NCBI RefSeq assembly: GCF_964355755.1
Contig: NC_092678.1
Coordinates: forward strand, 14,534,371 to 14,598,370
DNA length: 64,000 bases
DNA from: Antedon mediterranea
Lineage: Eukaryota; Animalia; Echinodermata
Direction of reading: 5' to 3'
This document shows, piece by piece, positions 14,106 to 27,033 of the stretch. Numbering within the stretch: position 1 is the stretch's first letter; the number at the start of each line of letters is the position of its first letter. Position numbers and translations under genes: made by a program. The notes beneath the pieces were generated by a model, which had not been told where the DNA came from, did not search any database, and saw nothing but the letters and a program-made list of their open reading frames with translations.

Positions 14106-14835
14106 TACTATGCCTACATAGACGTAGAGTAATGTCCCGAACGGCGCCCCGTAGATTTTCTCACTGAGCCAAACATGTGTGTATAATATAATGTGTGTGT
14201 ACAAACGATTATGCCATAGTATAAATAAGTGCGTTTTGTCAATTATGAAATCATTATTATAATCGATTGTCATTCACACATTTGTATTACAATTATAGTA
14301 GTTCTTCAATCTATCTGTCTATTTGGTCTAACTGGTTAGAATATAATTATTATTCTTGAACTTATTTCATTTGGTCTTAATATATATTTAGAAGTAGAAT
14401 TACTTTTTAAATTCAATCATGTACAATAAGTACGAAGCAAAAAAGTACTTACTGTACTATGTTGTACACTATTGTTGTTGTTGTTAGTTGTGTTTACGTT
14501 GATCAACACGGCATGGTATAGGCTGGGTGAATGTATATTAACTATTTTTTAAGTTTTTTACAGAAGATTTTGTCAAAGAAATGTAGAATTTACGACCACT
14601 ATAACTTTGACATAACAAAAAAATACGATTGCATTACAGCTTAAATTGCTATTGTTAAATTACATGATTATGGTTCCTTTCTAGTATGGATAAACTACAC
14701 TACAAATGTATTTGCGATATTCTAACCCTACAACATAAACAGTGTGTCTCATATAGCATGGCACACAAGTTACATCACAAAATGTAGTAATACACATACA
14801 ATCTTAGTGGTCTTTATTTATAATGTCGTTATTAT

Positions 14836-14961
14836 AAACAAGGCCAACAGCCATAAGTCGCGTGCTAAAACGCATAGTGATACCGGACCGACAGACAGAC
14901 CGACAGACCGACAGACAGACTGACATAGTGAACTATAGAGTTGCGTCCATGGGACTAAAAA
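14836..14961 (+). mobile_element. Tiny Helentron/HINE-like insertion with (GACA/GACC)n microsatellite
   Basis: Absent from paralogous monomers (ATTATGAAAACAGTAGG); AGTCGCGT motif near 5' end and degenerate 3' hairpin, A-rich ends. Confidence 0.55.
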
Positions 14962-16654
14962 CAGTAGGCCTATCATATCCAGCAAACATCTCTATTTCTT
15001 TTATAATAATATGTCATTTATAATTAATATTCATCATTTTGAATTATATATTTCGAATTTCAGAAGCAATTATGCCTAATTAATGAAACAATAAATAAAG
15101 ACCTGCCATAAACGACATGTGTTTTTAGAAACAATATTAGGCCTACATTACATAAAGTAAATTATGACATCTTTATAATCGATTGTCATTCACACATAAT
15201 GTATTACAATTATAGTAGCACTTTAATTTATCAGTCTAGTTTGTTTAAGTTGGTTTAAATAATATAATAATTAACTCTTGAAATAATTTTATTTTGGTCC
15301 TATTTTATATAAATGCGTACATTTTCTTTTTTGATTCAATCAAATACGATAGATAAGTACGAAATAAAAAAGTGTTTACTATGACGTTTTGCAAGTCGAC
15401 TGATTGTTAGTTGCGTTGACGTTGGTCAGTACGACATGCTATATGTAACAAGCCAGATGTGTTGTAATTAAGTACGCATGCATTTAGCTGATTTTTATTG
15501 TTTTGTACACACAGAAGATTTTGTCATGACAATGTAGAATGTACAACCATTATCAATGTGACATAAGTGAAAAATATTATTACATAACTGCTGGAATGTA
15601 TATTTATAAACTTCATGATTATGTTTTCTTTCTAGTCTGGAGACACTCCACTACATATGTATTTACGTCAAAAATATCCTACAAAAGAAATATTGAATTG
15701 TCTCATACAGCATGGCAAACCACTAACATCACAAACTAAGGTAATGCACAGTATAGGTTCCAGCTACATGTCTATTTAATTTTTCTCATTTAGTTTTAAT
15801 AACCATTTATAATTATTATTAATTATTTAGAATCATGTATTGCAAATTTTAAAAACACTTCTTGAATGAAAATATAAATTTTAAAAAAATATAACATATA
15901 TTTTGTAGACATGCCATGAACGACATGTGTGTGTTGAAACAACATTGTATAACTAAGTGCGTCTTGCCAATTATGACATCATATAATCGATTGTTATTAT
16001 TTACACATTTGTATTCCAATTATAGTACGGTAGTCCTTCATATTTTCAGTATGTATTGTAATGCGATATTTATCTAGCGCTTTTTCATGAAGATCAGATG
16101 ACTGTGAACTTAGATGTTACACTTTTTCAACAACATTTTTCTCCCCGTATAATTATGTATATTTTTTTAAGCTGGTTAGAATACAATTATTAACTATTAA
16201 AATATTTTGCTGTAAATAAGGTGCGAATGAATTTAGCTAGCGGTTTGTTTTTATTTTGTACACTCAGAAGATGTTGTCATAATAATGTAGATTTTACAAC
16301 CATTATTAATTAAGATAGCATTACAGCTGGAATTGAATTTTATAAAGTATATGATTATGATTTCTTTCTAGGATGGAAATACTCCTCTCCATGTGTATTT
16401 AAACAATTTCAAGCCTACAACAGAAATAGTCACTTATATCATACAGCAAGGCGCATCATTAGCATCGCAAAATGAGGTAATGCACAATTTTAGTAAGTCT
16501 ATTGTGCAATTATTATGAAAACAATATCGGTTCCAGCAAACATATCTATCCCATTTATGAGTCTCATTCATATTTAATAATATTAATTACTTATAATTAT
16601 TTATTGTGAATTTTAGAAGCAGTTACTGACAAACTTTATTAATACAGTTTCTTA

Positions 16655-17000
16655 TTTTCAGAATGATATATAAATCTGTAGTAGATATGACATTAACCTT
16701 CCGGAGTGCAAAAAATATAAGATTTATCTTGCGTTGAAAGTTATACAAATACACATGAATAATTCAAAGCACATTAACTAGGTTGTATGATATCATTCCT
16801 AATCATACAATCAATTTCATTTTGCAATATCTTCATCTTAAACGGATTTTCCCTAAATATATTTTATTTTACTGGTGGATAATCAAAGGATTGTATGTTG
16901 TTTTTCACTATTAGTTGTTCAACCTGAAACATCTGAAACTGCATATTTCCAAATATCAAAATAACAATTTCAACTTTCTGATCACGAAAACAATGACAAC
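16655..17000 (-). mobile_element. Highly decayed Gypsy/Ty3 RT N-terminal remnant
   Basis: Manual translation: PPVK*NIFRENPFKMKILQNEIDCMIRNDIIQPS*...SCVFV...SYIFCT..RKVNVISTTD. Confidence 0.6.
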
Positions 17001-17221
17001 ATTTGTGTCCAAAAATATTTACCTGATAAATCTTAAATTTAAAGAAAACAATTGTAAAATTGTCTGCCAGACAAGGAATAAGTGAAACCATTATTTTCTT
17101 TCATTTTTTTTTCTTATGGAAGTGAATAATTTAATTAAAACTGCAAAATGGCATATTCAAAATCTGACTTTATAACTTTTTATTTTTCATCATTTTTGGA
17201 GTAATACATCTTTAATTAATA

Positions 17222-18620
17222 ACTAGACATAGAACTCGTCACTTGAGGACGAGTTTGGTTATCCGCCTGCAACAAAACGTACCTTGCGTATTTAAGTACT
17301 CTTCAGTTATGACTTTTCCAAAAAGTAACCTATTTAAAATCGAAACTGCCCCAGTGTAATAACCAAACAAATCCTTTTACTTAATTGGTTTCCCGTGACG
17401 GGATTCGATCCCGGTACCTCTGATACCAAAGTCGGTTGCACTACATATTGAGCCATATGAGAACCTGCCGAAGAAAATCTAAAGAAAGATGCCTCGTTCA
17501 TTCGGTATGTCGTGAACCCCTCGATGCAAATTGATTATTACATACCAAACTAAATCATAATTTTTACTATGATGAAATCTTCACAAATTTTAAACACTGA
17601 CATTATTATATAAGTGCATACTTTCAAGTTTTATATATTAACATGTGAATGAAAAAGATAAACGTTATGTTTATTGTTTTGCTCTTTGAATATGTTATTG
17701 TTGGTTTGATTGTAAATATTTCAAAACTATAATAAATCACACCTATATTTCTTCCACTGCAAGAAAATAAAATAAAAAATGGGGGTAACCTTGCATTCTG
17801 ATGACCTATATGGTTTTTAAAAGTAGACTGCCTTATACAAGCTTTGCTTTTTAGGAATGTTGCCCCTCTTATTTTAATAATTTTTACTGTTAATTTTTAT
17901 TTTCTATGAAAGACAAGAGAAATAAATGTTACTTTGATTGATTGTTACTTTGATTGATTGATTGATTGATTGACATATTTTGCAACATTTTCAACATTTT
18001 TTTTACGTACGCAACCAGTCATATTTAAAGTGCTCGTAGAACGTCATTTCGAGTTGACTAGTGAATAAAATAACATAAAATTGTAAACGAATGTTTGAAA
18101 AACACAATATATGTAAAAGAAATGCTAATACGCGTTCCCTGCGCCGTGCGCGCGTAAAATGTGCGAACCAATGGGAAGTTTCTAAACGCTTGAAATGACC
18201 TGAGACGTGCTCTAATTTAATCAGAAATTGATTTGAAGCATTTTAAAAATTCTAACGCCGTTTACGCGCACACTTTCTAAGGTTACATGCCATTTTTAAT
18301 ACATAGAAAGTTAGCGTATGATATAAATTAAACTTTGGCTAAGTTTCAATTAAACATGTTATTTGGTTTTTGACCTATGTTAAATACGCGAAATTTATAA
18401 AATCACGCGAAAGTCACGTTGCGCAATTGCAAAGGTCGTGAAAACCTTCACTGCACAACTTCACGTGAATGGCGATATGTAGAGAAAGTTACGAAACGTT
18501 ATGTTTGCAAGTTTTAGGGTTACGCGTGACACAAAAATTACAGAAAGAAGAATAGGGAAAAAAAAATATGAGTTCGTACAATCACAAGAGGTTATCCAGC
18601 TACTTCGTTGCGGATAACCA
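17222..18620 (+). mobile_element. Helentron/HINE-like non-autonomous element; a second copy starts at 18621 and is truncated near 18877
   Basis: 5' ACTAGA..AACTCGTC(n)GACGAGTT hairpin then GGTTATCCGC; 3' hairpin GGTTATCC...CGGATAACC; same 5' end repeated at 18621. Confidence 0.6.
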
Positions 18621-18877
18621 ACTAGATTTGAACTCGTCACTACGGACGAGTTAGGTTATCCGCAGCGCAAACGCCACGTGCATTAGAATATTGCGCACAA
18701 TACAACGATTATGCAATTGAAAAAATGTTAATGCGCTCTCTGTTTTACGTCACGTCTAAGTATATACAGTATACACTATATTATACTGTATACGTACTAC
18801 ATATAGTGCAGAATAGGTGAAAATAAGTGACCAAAGTTATTACGTTACGCAAACTTTTAATAGCATTAGACATAGGT

Positions 18878-20155
18878 AATAATAATAAATGCAATTGGAA
18901 TTACTAATATTATGTAAACAATACAAAATTAAGTTAAATTCACAGGCCGATATTATTTTATTATTATAAGTAAATCTGTTTTTGAATGAGAAAAAGCCGC
19001 CCCAACCCAGATTTGAACCCAGCTATCAATAAAGCTATAAACAGAATAGACCATTATTGTAGCCGGAATTTAGCGTAGACCTACTCGAGGGCTAGTAAGA
19101 TTAGCTAGAAGAATACAGGTCAACCCGTACCAATTCCAACTCGTACCCAAATTTTGTTTTACTCGTACCCGAAATGTCGGCTCACTCGCACTCATTAGGG
19201 CTGGCTCGTACTCTTCATGGACTGACCAGTACCCATGTTTAATGCTATTAAAAGTTTGGGTACAGGTTAGCCAAAGTTGGTACAATTTGACCAATTATTT
19301 GGGTACGGGTTAGCCAAATTGGGTACGAGTTGGCATGGGTACGGGTTGACCAGCACCCTAGAAAATGATAAGGGTCAACCCGTACCACTGTGCCAACTCG
19401 TTCCCATGCTAGAATACTACTTACAGGTTAGTTTAGCCTAGCTGGGCTAACCAACCTCACCTCTCACATGCCCTGATAATTAGGCCGAAAAGGCGACCGA
19501 AATTACTGGAACCCTACCCTACTAGGCCTAGATAGTAGTGATCCGTAGTACCATGGAACTATAATAAATGGTAGACGTACTAGTACTGTGTAGTATATGC
19601 TGCTCTACGAGGCCTTTTTATGCTCATAGGATGGCTTTTTTTGGGCGTCCCGATGTAGGCCTATGCCTATAACTAGGACAGATTTCCCATTCCTGCAGGC
19701 CTGTTAGCCTATGCTCTAGTAGATGGCAGGGTGTACCCTGGTCGATTCAACCCTGGTCGACTCGTACCTATACCAACTCGTACTTAACTGCTTACCTAAA
19801 CTCGTATCCAACCAAATAATTGGTTGAATTCCCGCTAGACTAATAGGCCTAGCCTAGCTACAATATTCATTATGCCCTGCTAAGAAGGTAGATGAGCTAC
19901 TAAACTAATTACGTAATTCGTATAATAATAACAATAATTGACTATAAGGCCTAAACGCGGCGGAAAACACCTATCCATTCTTGCATGACAGTACGAAAAC
20001 TGCCTATGGTTGTACATCATTGTAAATTGTCAACAGACACTGTGGTACAGACAGTGTACCGTGTGTTAAAAGTACACCATTTATAGCAGACAGCAACGTG
20101 TATAACTTGCTATAGTTTTATAGATAGCACCTAGGGACAGTAGCAGAATCGGGTG
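18878..20155 (-). mobile_element. One-ended long derivative of the P-like TIR family
   Basis: Ends GACAGTAGCAGAATCGGGTG; reverse complement of 25773-27033; internal AACTCGTACCC repeats. Confidence 0.85.
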
Positions 20156-21185
20156 GTTTTTTTGCTATGTAGAAAGATTGAAATATAAATAAATAAATTC
20201 CCACCTTTGTAAATGGAGGTTTCATGGCTGTCACTCTATCATGTGGTAAGTTGGCCATCTTCTGCTTCATTAGTTTTCCATATTGTCTTCTGCAGGGTAC
20301 ACAATTATAAATAATTTTCGTGCCAATGATTTTGCACCTATTATCAAATATTTCTCTCTCAAAACAAAAATATCATATTCCTACCAGTATGTCCACCCAT
20401 TTGGCGAATCTCTCTCAGTATTAATTTGGATGTTGTTTTTTTTTCTTGGCAACATCATGGAAAATATTGGCAAGACCAAGGCAACCTCCGACCTTTTTAA
20501 GGCCATTCTCAAACAGTGGTTCTAGCTTATAGATTCGACTTGGTTTATCTACTCTCTGCTGATTGTTGACATCAAGGCTGATGAATTCTTGTACGAATTT
20601 GATGATTAGTTGTTTCGCATATTGTAAATCATTGATAGTTAGATGTGTATTGGTGCTTTGTTTTGGGTTTTTTGTTCCTATTTCTTCTACTTTGTACCTT
20701 TCTATGCAGGATACACTTCACTCATACAAGATAGGCTACTGCTTTCTTTGTCTTGTACCCACTTGAATAGTGTTAAATAATTGACTCCAATGGGTGTTTA
20801 ACTTCACATACTGTTATAAATCCTTTAACTTCTGGATCAGAAGGTTCAATTTCAGGTGCCGCAATCTTATTCGGCCAATTCTGCTCATCTTCCCACAAGA
20901 AGTTGGGTCCTCTCAACCATTTTTGTTCAATGTCTAAGCTTCTGAGATTTGTTCCTCTCGATGCTTTTGTAGCTGAGGTCTCCGTTTAATTTGCACACAT
21001 ACAAAAGGCTTGACTCTTCGTTAATTGTGTTATAAGTATTTAATAATTCTTCTGCCATTCTGTACACAACTGGTTCAGCGTCCAAATTCCTATCAGGCCA
21101 CCACCAAAATCTTAGGAAATGTCTCTACTTCTTTGACACTTTCACTTTATAGAACATCGTTCCATATCACTCATCACTTCTGTAA
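20156..21185 (-). mobile_element. Bel/Pao LTR retrotransposon pol remnant (RT/RNase H region, internally deleted)
   Basis: Minus strand VMSD..MFYKVKV..FLRFWWWPD..VVYRM and WLRGPNFLW. Confidence 0.8.
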
Positions 21186-21436
21186 AGAAAGTACTTTATA
21201 AGCACTGAGGTATGCTTGTGTTTTTTATATGATTTATTCAGCAGAAGAAAGATTTCCTTCAAATCTGAAAGCATAAAAATATAAGTCATAACTTACATGT
21301 TAGAAACAAGAACTGACGTATAATTAAATAGCTGTTATATAACATTATTCTTAACATTTGTTCAATAACTCACTGTTTGTCAGGCAAATCCCTAGCATAA
21401 GCCTACTGTCACACGTCCGACCCATCAAAATACACT

Positions 21437-23090
21437 TCATTTCATTTCATTTCATTTATTTATTTCACTTTACAAATATATAAATATAAAGTGGAGGAGC
21501 CTAAAAGAAAGCAAAGCTTGTGGTGAATAGGCTCCTCAAAACAAAACAAATAAAATATAAATAATATAACACAATTAGAAACTCCAAAAAAACAACAATT
21601 AAACTAATATCTTTTCTCTAACACATAAGTTTAACATGTTTAGAACTAAAAACAAAGTATAAAATAGATTATATAAATTATTTAAGAAATATCAAATATA
21701 TCAATAATAAAAGAATTTACAAAGAACCTTCAACCAATAATAGTTTAAATTGGCGTTTAAATAAAGCACAGTTATGAGATTTTTTAAGAGATAAAGGAAG
21801 AGAATTCCAGAGTTTAGGTCCAGTATATACAAGGGTATTCATTTTAAGTCTAGTTCGAGTAAATGGCAGGTGATACTGATCTTTTTGTCTTGTTTGGTGA
21901 GTGTGGTATTGTTTATTTTGAGTGAATTTACTGGATATTATAGGTGGTAAGTGTCCGGCGGTTAATTGAAACATTATGACACCAACATTAAATCTATAGA
22001 GATCCTCAATTTTTAATATTTTATTTTTTTGAAAGAGATCTTGGGTGTGAGCACGAAAAGTTACCCCTGAGATAATTCTGACAGCTCGTTTCTGGATTAA
22101 TACAATTTTAGTAATAATTTATTTTGAAGCATTTCCCCAAGCAAGAACACCATAATTTAAGTACGATAAAATAAGAGTAGAATATAAAATATTTAATACT
22201 TTTTGAGGAAATATTGATTTCAATTTATACATCATGCCAACATTTTTTGATAATAATTTGCAAAGGTAATTAACATGGGCTTTCCAGTCAAGTCTGTCGT
22301 CAATAAATATACCAAGAAATTTTGTGTTGGTTATTTGATTAATAGGAACATTGTTGAAAATAATATCTTTTGGTAACATACTATATTTGTTACTAAACAA
22401 ATTAAATTGGTTTTAAGCATATTTAGTGATAGCTTGTTTGCATGTATCCAAGTAGTAACCTTTTTTAGTTCTTGATTAACGATGTCACAGAGACTATCTG
22501 GATCATCATGTGAATAAAACAGACTTGAATCATCCGCAAACAGTATTGACGACATGACATTAGATATAATATTGAAATCATTTGCATAAATTATGAAGAG
22601 AAGTGTGCCCAGAATCGAACCCTGTGGGACACCACATGTAACAGGTCTGCAGCTTGATTCAAAATGATTTAATGATACAAATTGTTGCCTATCAGAAAGG
22701 TAACTTCTAAACCATTTTTGAGCCACCCCTCTAACTCCATAGTTCGATAATTTATGCAGTAAGATTTCATGATTAACAGTATCGAAAGCTTTGGAGTAAT
22801 CGAGGAAAATACCAATTGTATGCATATGATTATCTAAGGCTGATGTAATCATGTCAACGAAGTGTAAAATGGCATGTGACGTAGTGTGCTTTTCTCTAAA
22901 TCCAAATTGAATGTTTGAAAAAATATTACACTGGTTTAGAAAATGTAAAGTCCGCATATATACAAGCTTTTCTAAAATTTTTGAAAATGATGTCAATTGC
23001 GAAATTGGTCGGTAATTTGATGCTTCTCGAGGACTTCCTTTCTTTAATAAAGGAATTACTTTCACAATTTTCATTCTTTTAGGGACACAC
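21437..23090 (-). mobile_element. 5'-truncated CR1/L2-group (Crack-like) LINE
   Basis: NYRPIS, QFGFR, FLDYSKAFD, GVPQGSILG, LFADD, GPKLWNSLP; 3' UTR hairpin GAGGAGCCTA..TAGGCTCCTC; AATAAA + (GAAAT)n tail. Confidence 0.9.
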
Positions 23091-23809
23091 TCATTAGTAA
23101 TTGAAACAAAATATTATTAATCCATTATAATTATAACCTTTTGATCCCAAATTTTATAAACCTTTACAAAAACAACTTAATCCGTAGTAAACAAGTTCAA
23201 AGTATTCTATATAATTCTTAAGGTACAAGCATTCGCTGTGTACTAAACAACTAATGAATATTCATAAGCTGCCGAATCGCCCAGCGAGAGCAACACACGC
23301 AGACATTGTATGTTCTATTTAACAATCGTAACTACGGTAAATAGATTTACACAATATACCGCATCGCTATATCCTTTTTGGATTCTGTTTATATAATCTC
23401 CAACATGGAATAAACAACAATACGGCAACTACAGACAAACTTTGCTTTCCTTAAACAACAATTATAAGCGGCAATGCGCAAACCAACGTAAACAACAAAT
23501 GTGAGACTGTTCCTCATCTGAACTAGTCTAAATTAACATTAGATTTCACCTTAAATATGGCTCTACCTCTACGTACATTAACATATATTATACTGCTACT
23601 AAAATATTCATTACACCTTGGTTACTTCTTTACTTGTTAGCATTAATTAAACATTGGTTTCAATCATTACTGGTTAGCATTCGTTACAGCTTGATTTTCT
23701 TTCCAGTTCCTTCCAAACTACTTTACTACAGTATACACACGCGTGCAACATCCGGGATAGCAACTGGCATAATTCCAGGGTGCGCGCTACAACTCGGACT
23801 TGCTATAAA

Positions 23810-25772
23810 TCATACAACTGCAATAGGATGCTGTCGGAAGCGAATAAGAACACCTATTGAGTTGTTTAGAAGGTTAAGACCTGAAAGTAAAACATCATTT
23901 ACGGATATACCTGCAGACTTAGAAGAGCAATCTAAAACCACTCTAATTGTGTTTGGTGTGATGTGGGATGAACCATGTACCACCTTCTTCAGTCTTCTCA
24001 TTAGACGGTACCCTTTCGGTATAGCCTTTAGTTACTATTTTAGTCATGAATTCGATGTAATTTTTTTTTCACGTGTGCATTATTTCTCAGTTTTCTTTCC
24101 AAAACTCAACAATCTTTACTTTGCATACATCTCGTTATTAGGTAGCTTCACCTTCTCTTTCTTCGAGAGGAATGCCATTTCATAATGTCCCTCCACCAAC
24201 TTACGTGATGAGTTCAACCTGTTCAAAAACAATTTATCTTATTGTGACCACTCTTTCTTGTCGTCAATAGTTCTCTCGGAAAAATCCAAACTTAGACTTT
24301 CTCTATGTAATCAATATAACTCTCGTCATTGATTTCCAGTTCCTCTGCTTGCTGCTACATTGATGTAGTTAGATGTCATGCTTCGGACTTCATTTCGGTC
24401 CCTTATTACATTCCAGGGTATCCACCCAAGTAAAGACACAGCATGAGGAGCATCAGGAGTCCCGGCTCTTACATCTAATGGTGTGTATGCTTATGGAACA
24501 TTATTTCCAATGAGTAATTCCACCGTTTCTTTTTCTAGTTGTGGCAACGTAATGTCTTTTAAATGTTCCCAATTAGACATATCTTGTTGAGTAGGTATGT
24601 TACGATTGTCAACAGGTAGTGTTTCTTTTACATAACCGTTTGGCATCATTACTTTATTACAACCATCTATATCAGAGACAGTAAGGCCGCTAATAGTAAG
24701 TGTATTAATTGTGCGAGTGTCTGCCATGGGATCTAATTTAATATTAACTCGTTTACCACTTGCATTTAGACAATTCATCAAAGGAGCACTGCAAAATGAT
24801 ACGTTGCTACATGGATCCATGAAGGCGTAACATTTCACTGTTTTCCAACCTCAGGTTACTTTCACTGGTATTATGGCTAATGTGCATTCGGTATCTTTAT
24901 CACTGGAGACGTTTGCAGCAAAGGTAGTTTGTGTGGTAACAGTTTTGTACTGACTGCTTTGTTGGATATCAGTACTTGTATCATTTTTGTTTTGCACACT
25001 CTGTTGAAGATGAAGGAGTGTATTATGATGACCATTACATTTACTACACCGCACCTGTGACTTACATTTCCTCTTCAGATGTCCCTTACCAAATCACTAA
25101 ACACATAAATTATGTTTGCGTAACAGTTCTAGGCGGTTAGAGATCAACGTTTTCTTGAAATCTGGGCATTGCAATAAAAGAAGATTATACTTACAGTTCC
25201 AGCATTCAATCTGCCTCTTACCCTCGGCCACGACGTTAGCTCCTGCACAAACCTTGTTTCGAGCAGTGGTCTTCTGAGAGTTAGTAAAGGTTTTTTTTTA
25301 ATTCTCTAATTGGATCTTTCCAAATATTTTGTCATTAGCTTTATTAGATTCAGCCTTAACAAATTCTACAAGTTTTCGAAATGTAATCATCTTAGCTTCG
25401 CTCTTTAACTCATAATACCAAACTTCGCAACCTCTCTTGGAGATTTTACGGTAATTTGTTTACTATGCTTTTTAAGTTTTAGGAAACTCTAGCACTCCTA
25501 GGATACCAACGCATTTCGTCGCTGCTTCACATTTAATTAGGAAAATCGAGTAGTTGTCTAAAGCTTTTGGATCATCGGCTTGGATGGATGGCCAAGAAAG
25601 AACCTTTCTAATATAGGTGTTAGCAATGACCTCAGGGTCACCATATATTTAGGTCAATTCATTCATGGCAGCTGGATATCCAATATCAGCATCAAGTATG
25701 AGTATCAAACTACTATACTATTTGCCTCACCACCAGTAAATTGTTCTAAGTAAGATAATTTTCATCATTGCC
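23810..25772 (-). mobile_element. Bel/Pao gag-protease-RT remnant (upstream part of 20156-21185)
   Basis: YLEQFTGGEA (gag), CSKCNGHHNTLLH zinc knuckle, YAFMDPCSNVSF protease, LLIGNNVP, IRVVLDCS..VNDVLLSG..LIRFRQHPIAV. Confidence 0.88.
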
Positions 25773-27033
25773 CACCCGATTCTGCTACTGTCCATAGGTG
25801 CTATCTGTAAAACTATAGCAAGTTATACACGTTGTTGTCTGATATAAATGCTGTACTTTTAACACACGGTACACTGTCTGTAGCACAGTGTCTGTTGACA
25901 ATTTACAATGATGTTCAACCATAGGCAGGTTTTCGTACTGCCATGCAAGAATGGATAGGTGTTTTCCGCCGCGTTTAGGCCTTCTTGTCAATTATTGTTA
26001 TTATTATACGAATTACTTAATTAGTTTAGTAGCTCATCTACCTTTTTAGCAGGGCATAATGAATATTGTAGCTAGGCTAGGCCTAGCGGGAAATCAACCA
26101 TTGGTTGGATACGTGTTTAGGGTAGGAAGTTAAGTACGAGTTGGCATGGGTACGAGTCGACCAGGGGTGAATCGACCAGGGTACACCCAGCCGCCCTACT
26201 AGAGCATAGGCTACAGGCCTGCAGGAATGGGAAATCTGTCCTACCTATAGGCATAGGCCTACATTGGGACGCCCAAAAAAGCCATCCCATGAGCATAAAA
26301 AGGCCTCATAGAGCCAGACGTGTTAGCCTATACTACACAGTACTAGTACGTCTACCATTTATTATAGTTCCATGGTAGTATACTACGGATCACTACTATT
26401 TAGGCCTAGGCCTAGTAATTTCGGTCGCGTTTTCGGCCTACTTATCAGGAGGGTATGTGAGAGGTGAGGTAGGTGAGCCCAGCTAGGCTAAACTAACCTG
26501 TAAGTAGTATTCTAGCATGGGAACGAGTTGGCACAGTGGTACGGTTGACCCTTATCATTTTCAAGGGTTCTGGTCAACCCGTACCCATGCCAACTTGTAC
26601 CCAATTTGACTAACCCGTACTCAAATAATTGGTCAAATCGTACCAACTTTTGCTAACCTGTACCCAAACTTTAATAGCATTAAACATGGATACTGGTCAG
26701 CCCATGAAGAGTACGAGCCAGCCCTTAATGATTGCGAGAGTGAGCCAACATTTTGGGTACGAATAAACCAAAATTTGGTTACGAGTTGGAATTGGTACTG
26801 GTTGACCTGTATTCTTCTAGCTAATCTTACTAGTCCTCGAGTAGGTCTACGCTAAATTCCGGTCTACTCTGATTATAGCTTTATTGATACTGGGTTCAAA
26901 TCTGGGTTGGGACGGCTTTTTCTCATTCAAAAACAGATTTCCTTATAATAATAAAATAGTATCGGCCTATGAATTTGCTTAATATTGTATTGTTTACATA
27001 ATATTAGTAATTCCCATTGCATTTATTATTATT
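25773..27033 (+). mobile_element. One-ended long derivative of the P-like TIR family
   Basis: Starts CACCCGATTCTGCTACTGTC; inverted copy of 18878-20155. Confidence 0.85.

Larger units (their letters stand above)
13006..14153. mobile_element. TIR element with TACGG..CCGTA termini (IS3EU-like), containing LINE fragments and a 20-bp array
   Basis: TACGGGGTGCCGTTTGGGAAATTA vs reverse complement of right end TACGGGGCGCCGTTCGGGACATTA; flanks GATGTG / GATTTT (4/6 match). Confidence 0.6.
7545..16625. repeat. Degenerate long-unit tandem repeat (monomers roughly 0.75-0.95 kb) interrupted by TEs
   Basis: Landmark TTTCTAGT.TGGA.ACACT.CACTACA at ~8285, 8786, 9525, 10303, 14678, 15629, 16365; 7549-8350 is closely repeated at 9596-10370 and ~14746-15690. 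Confidence 0.85.

Noticed and set aside
17390-17455. tRNA gene on the minus strand
   Set aside because: Only degenerate A/B-box-like motifs; stems do not pair fully
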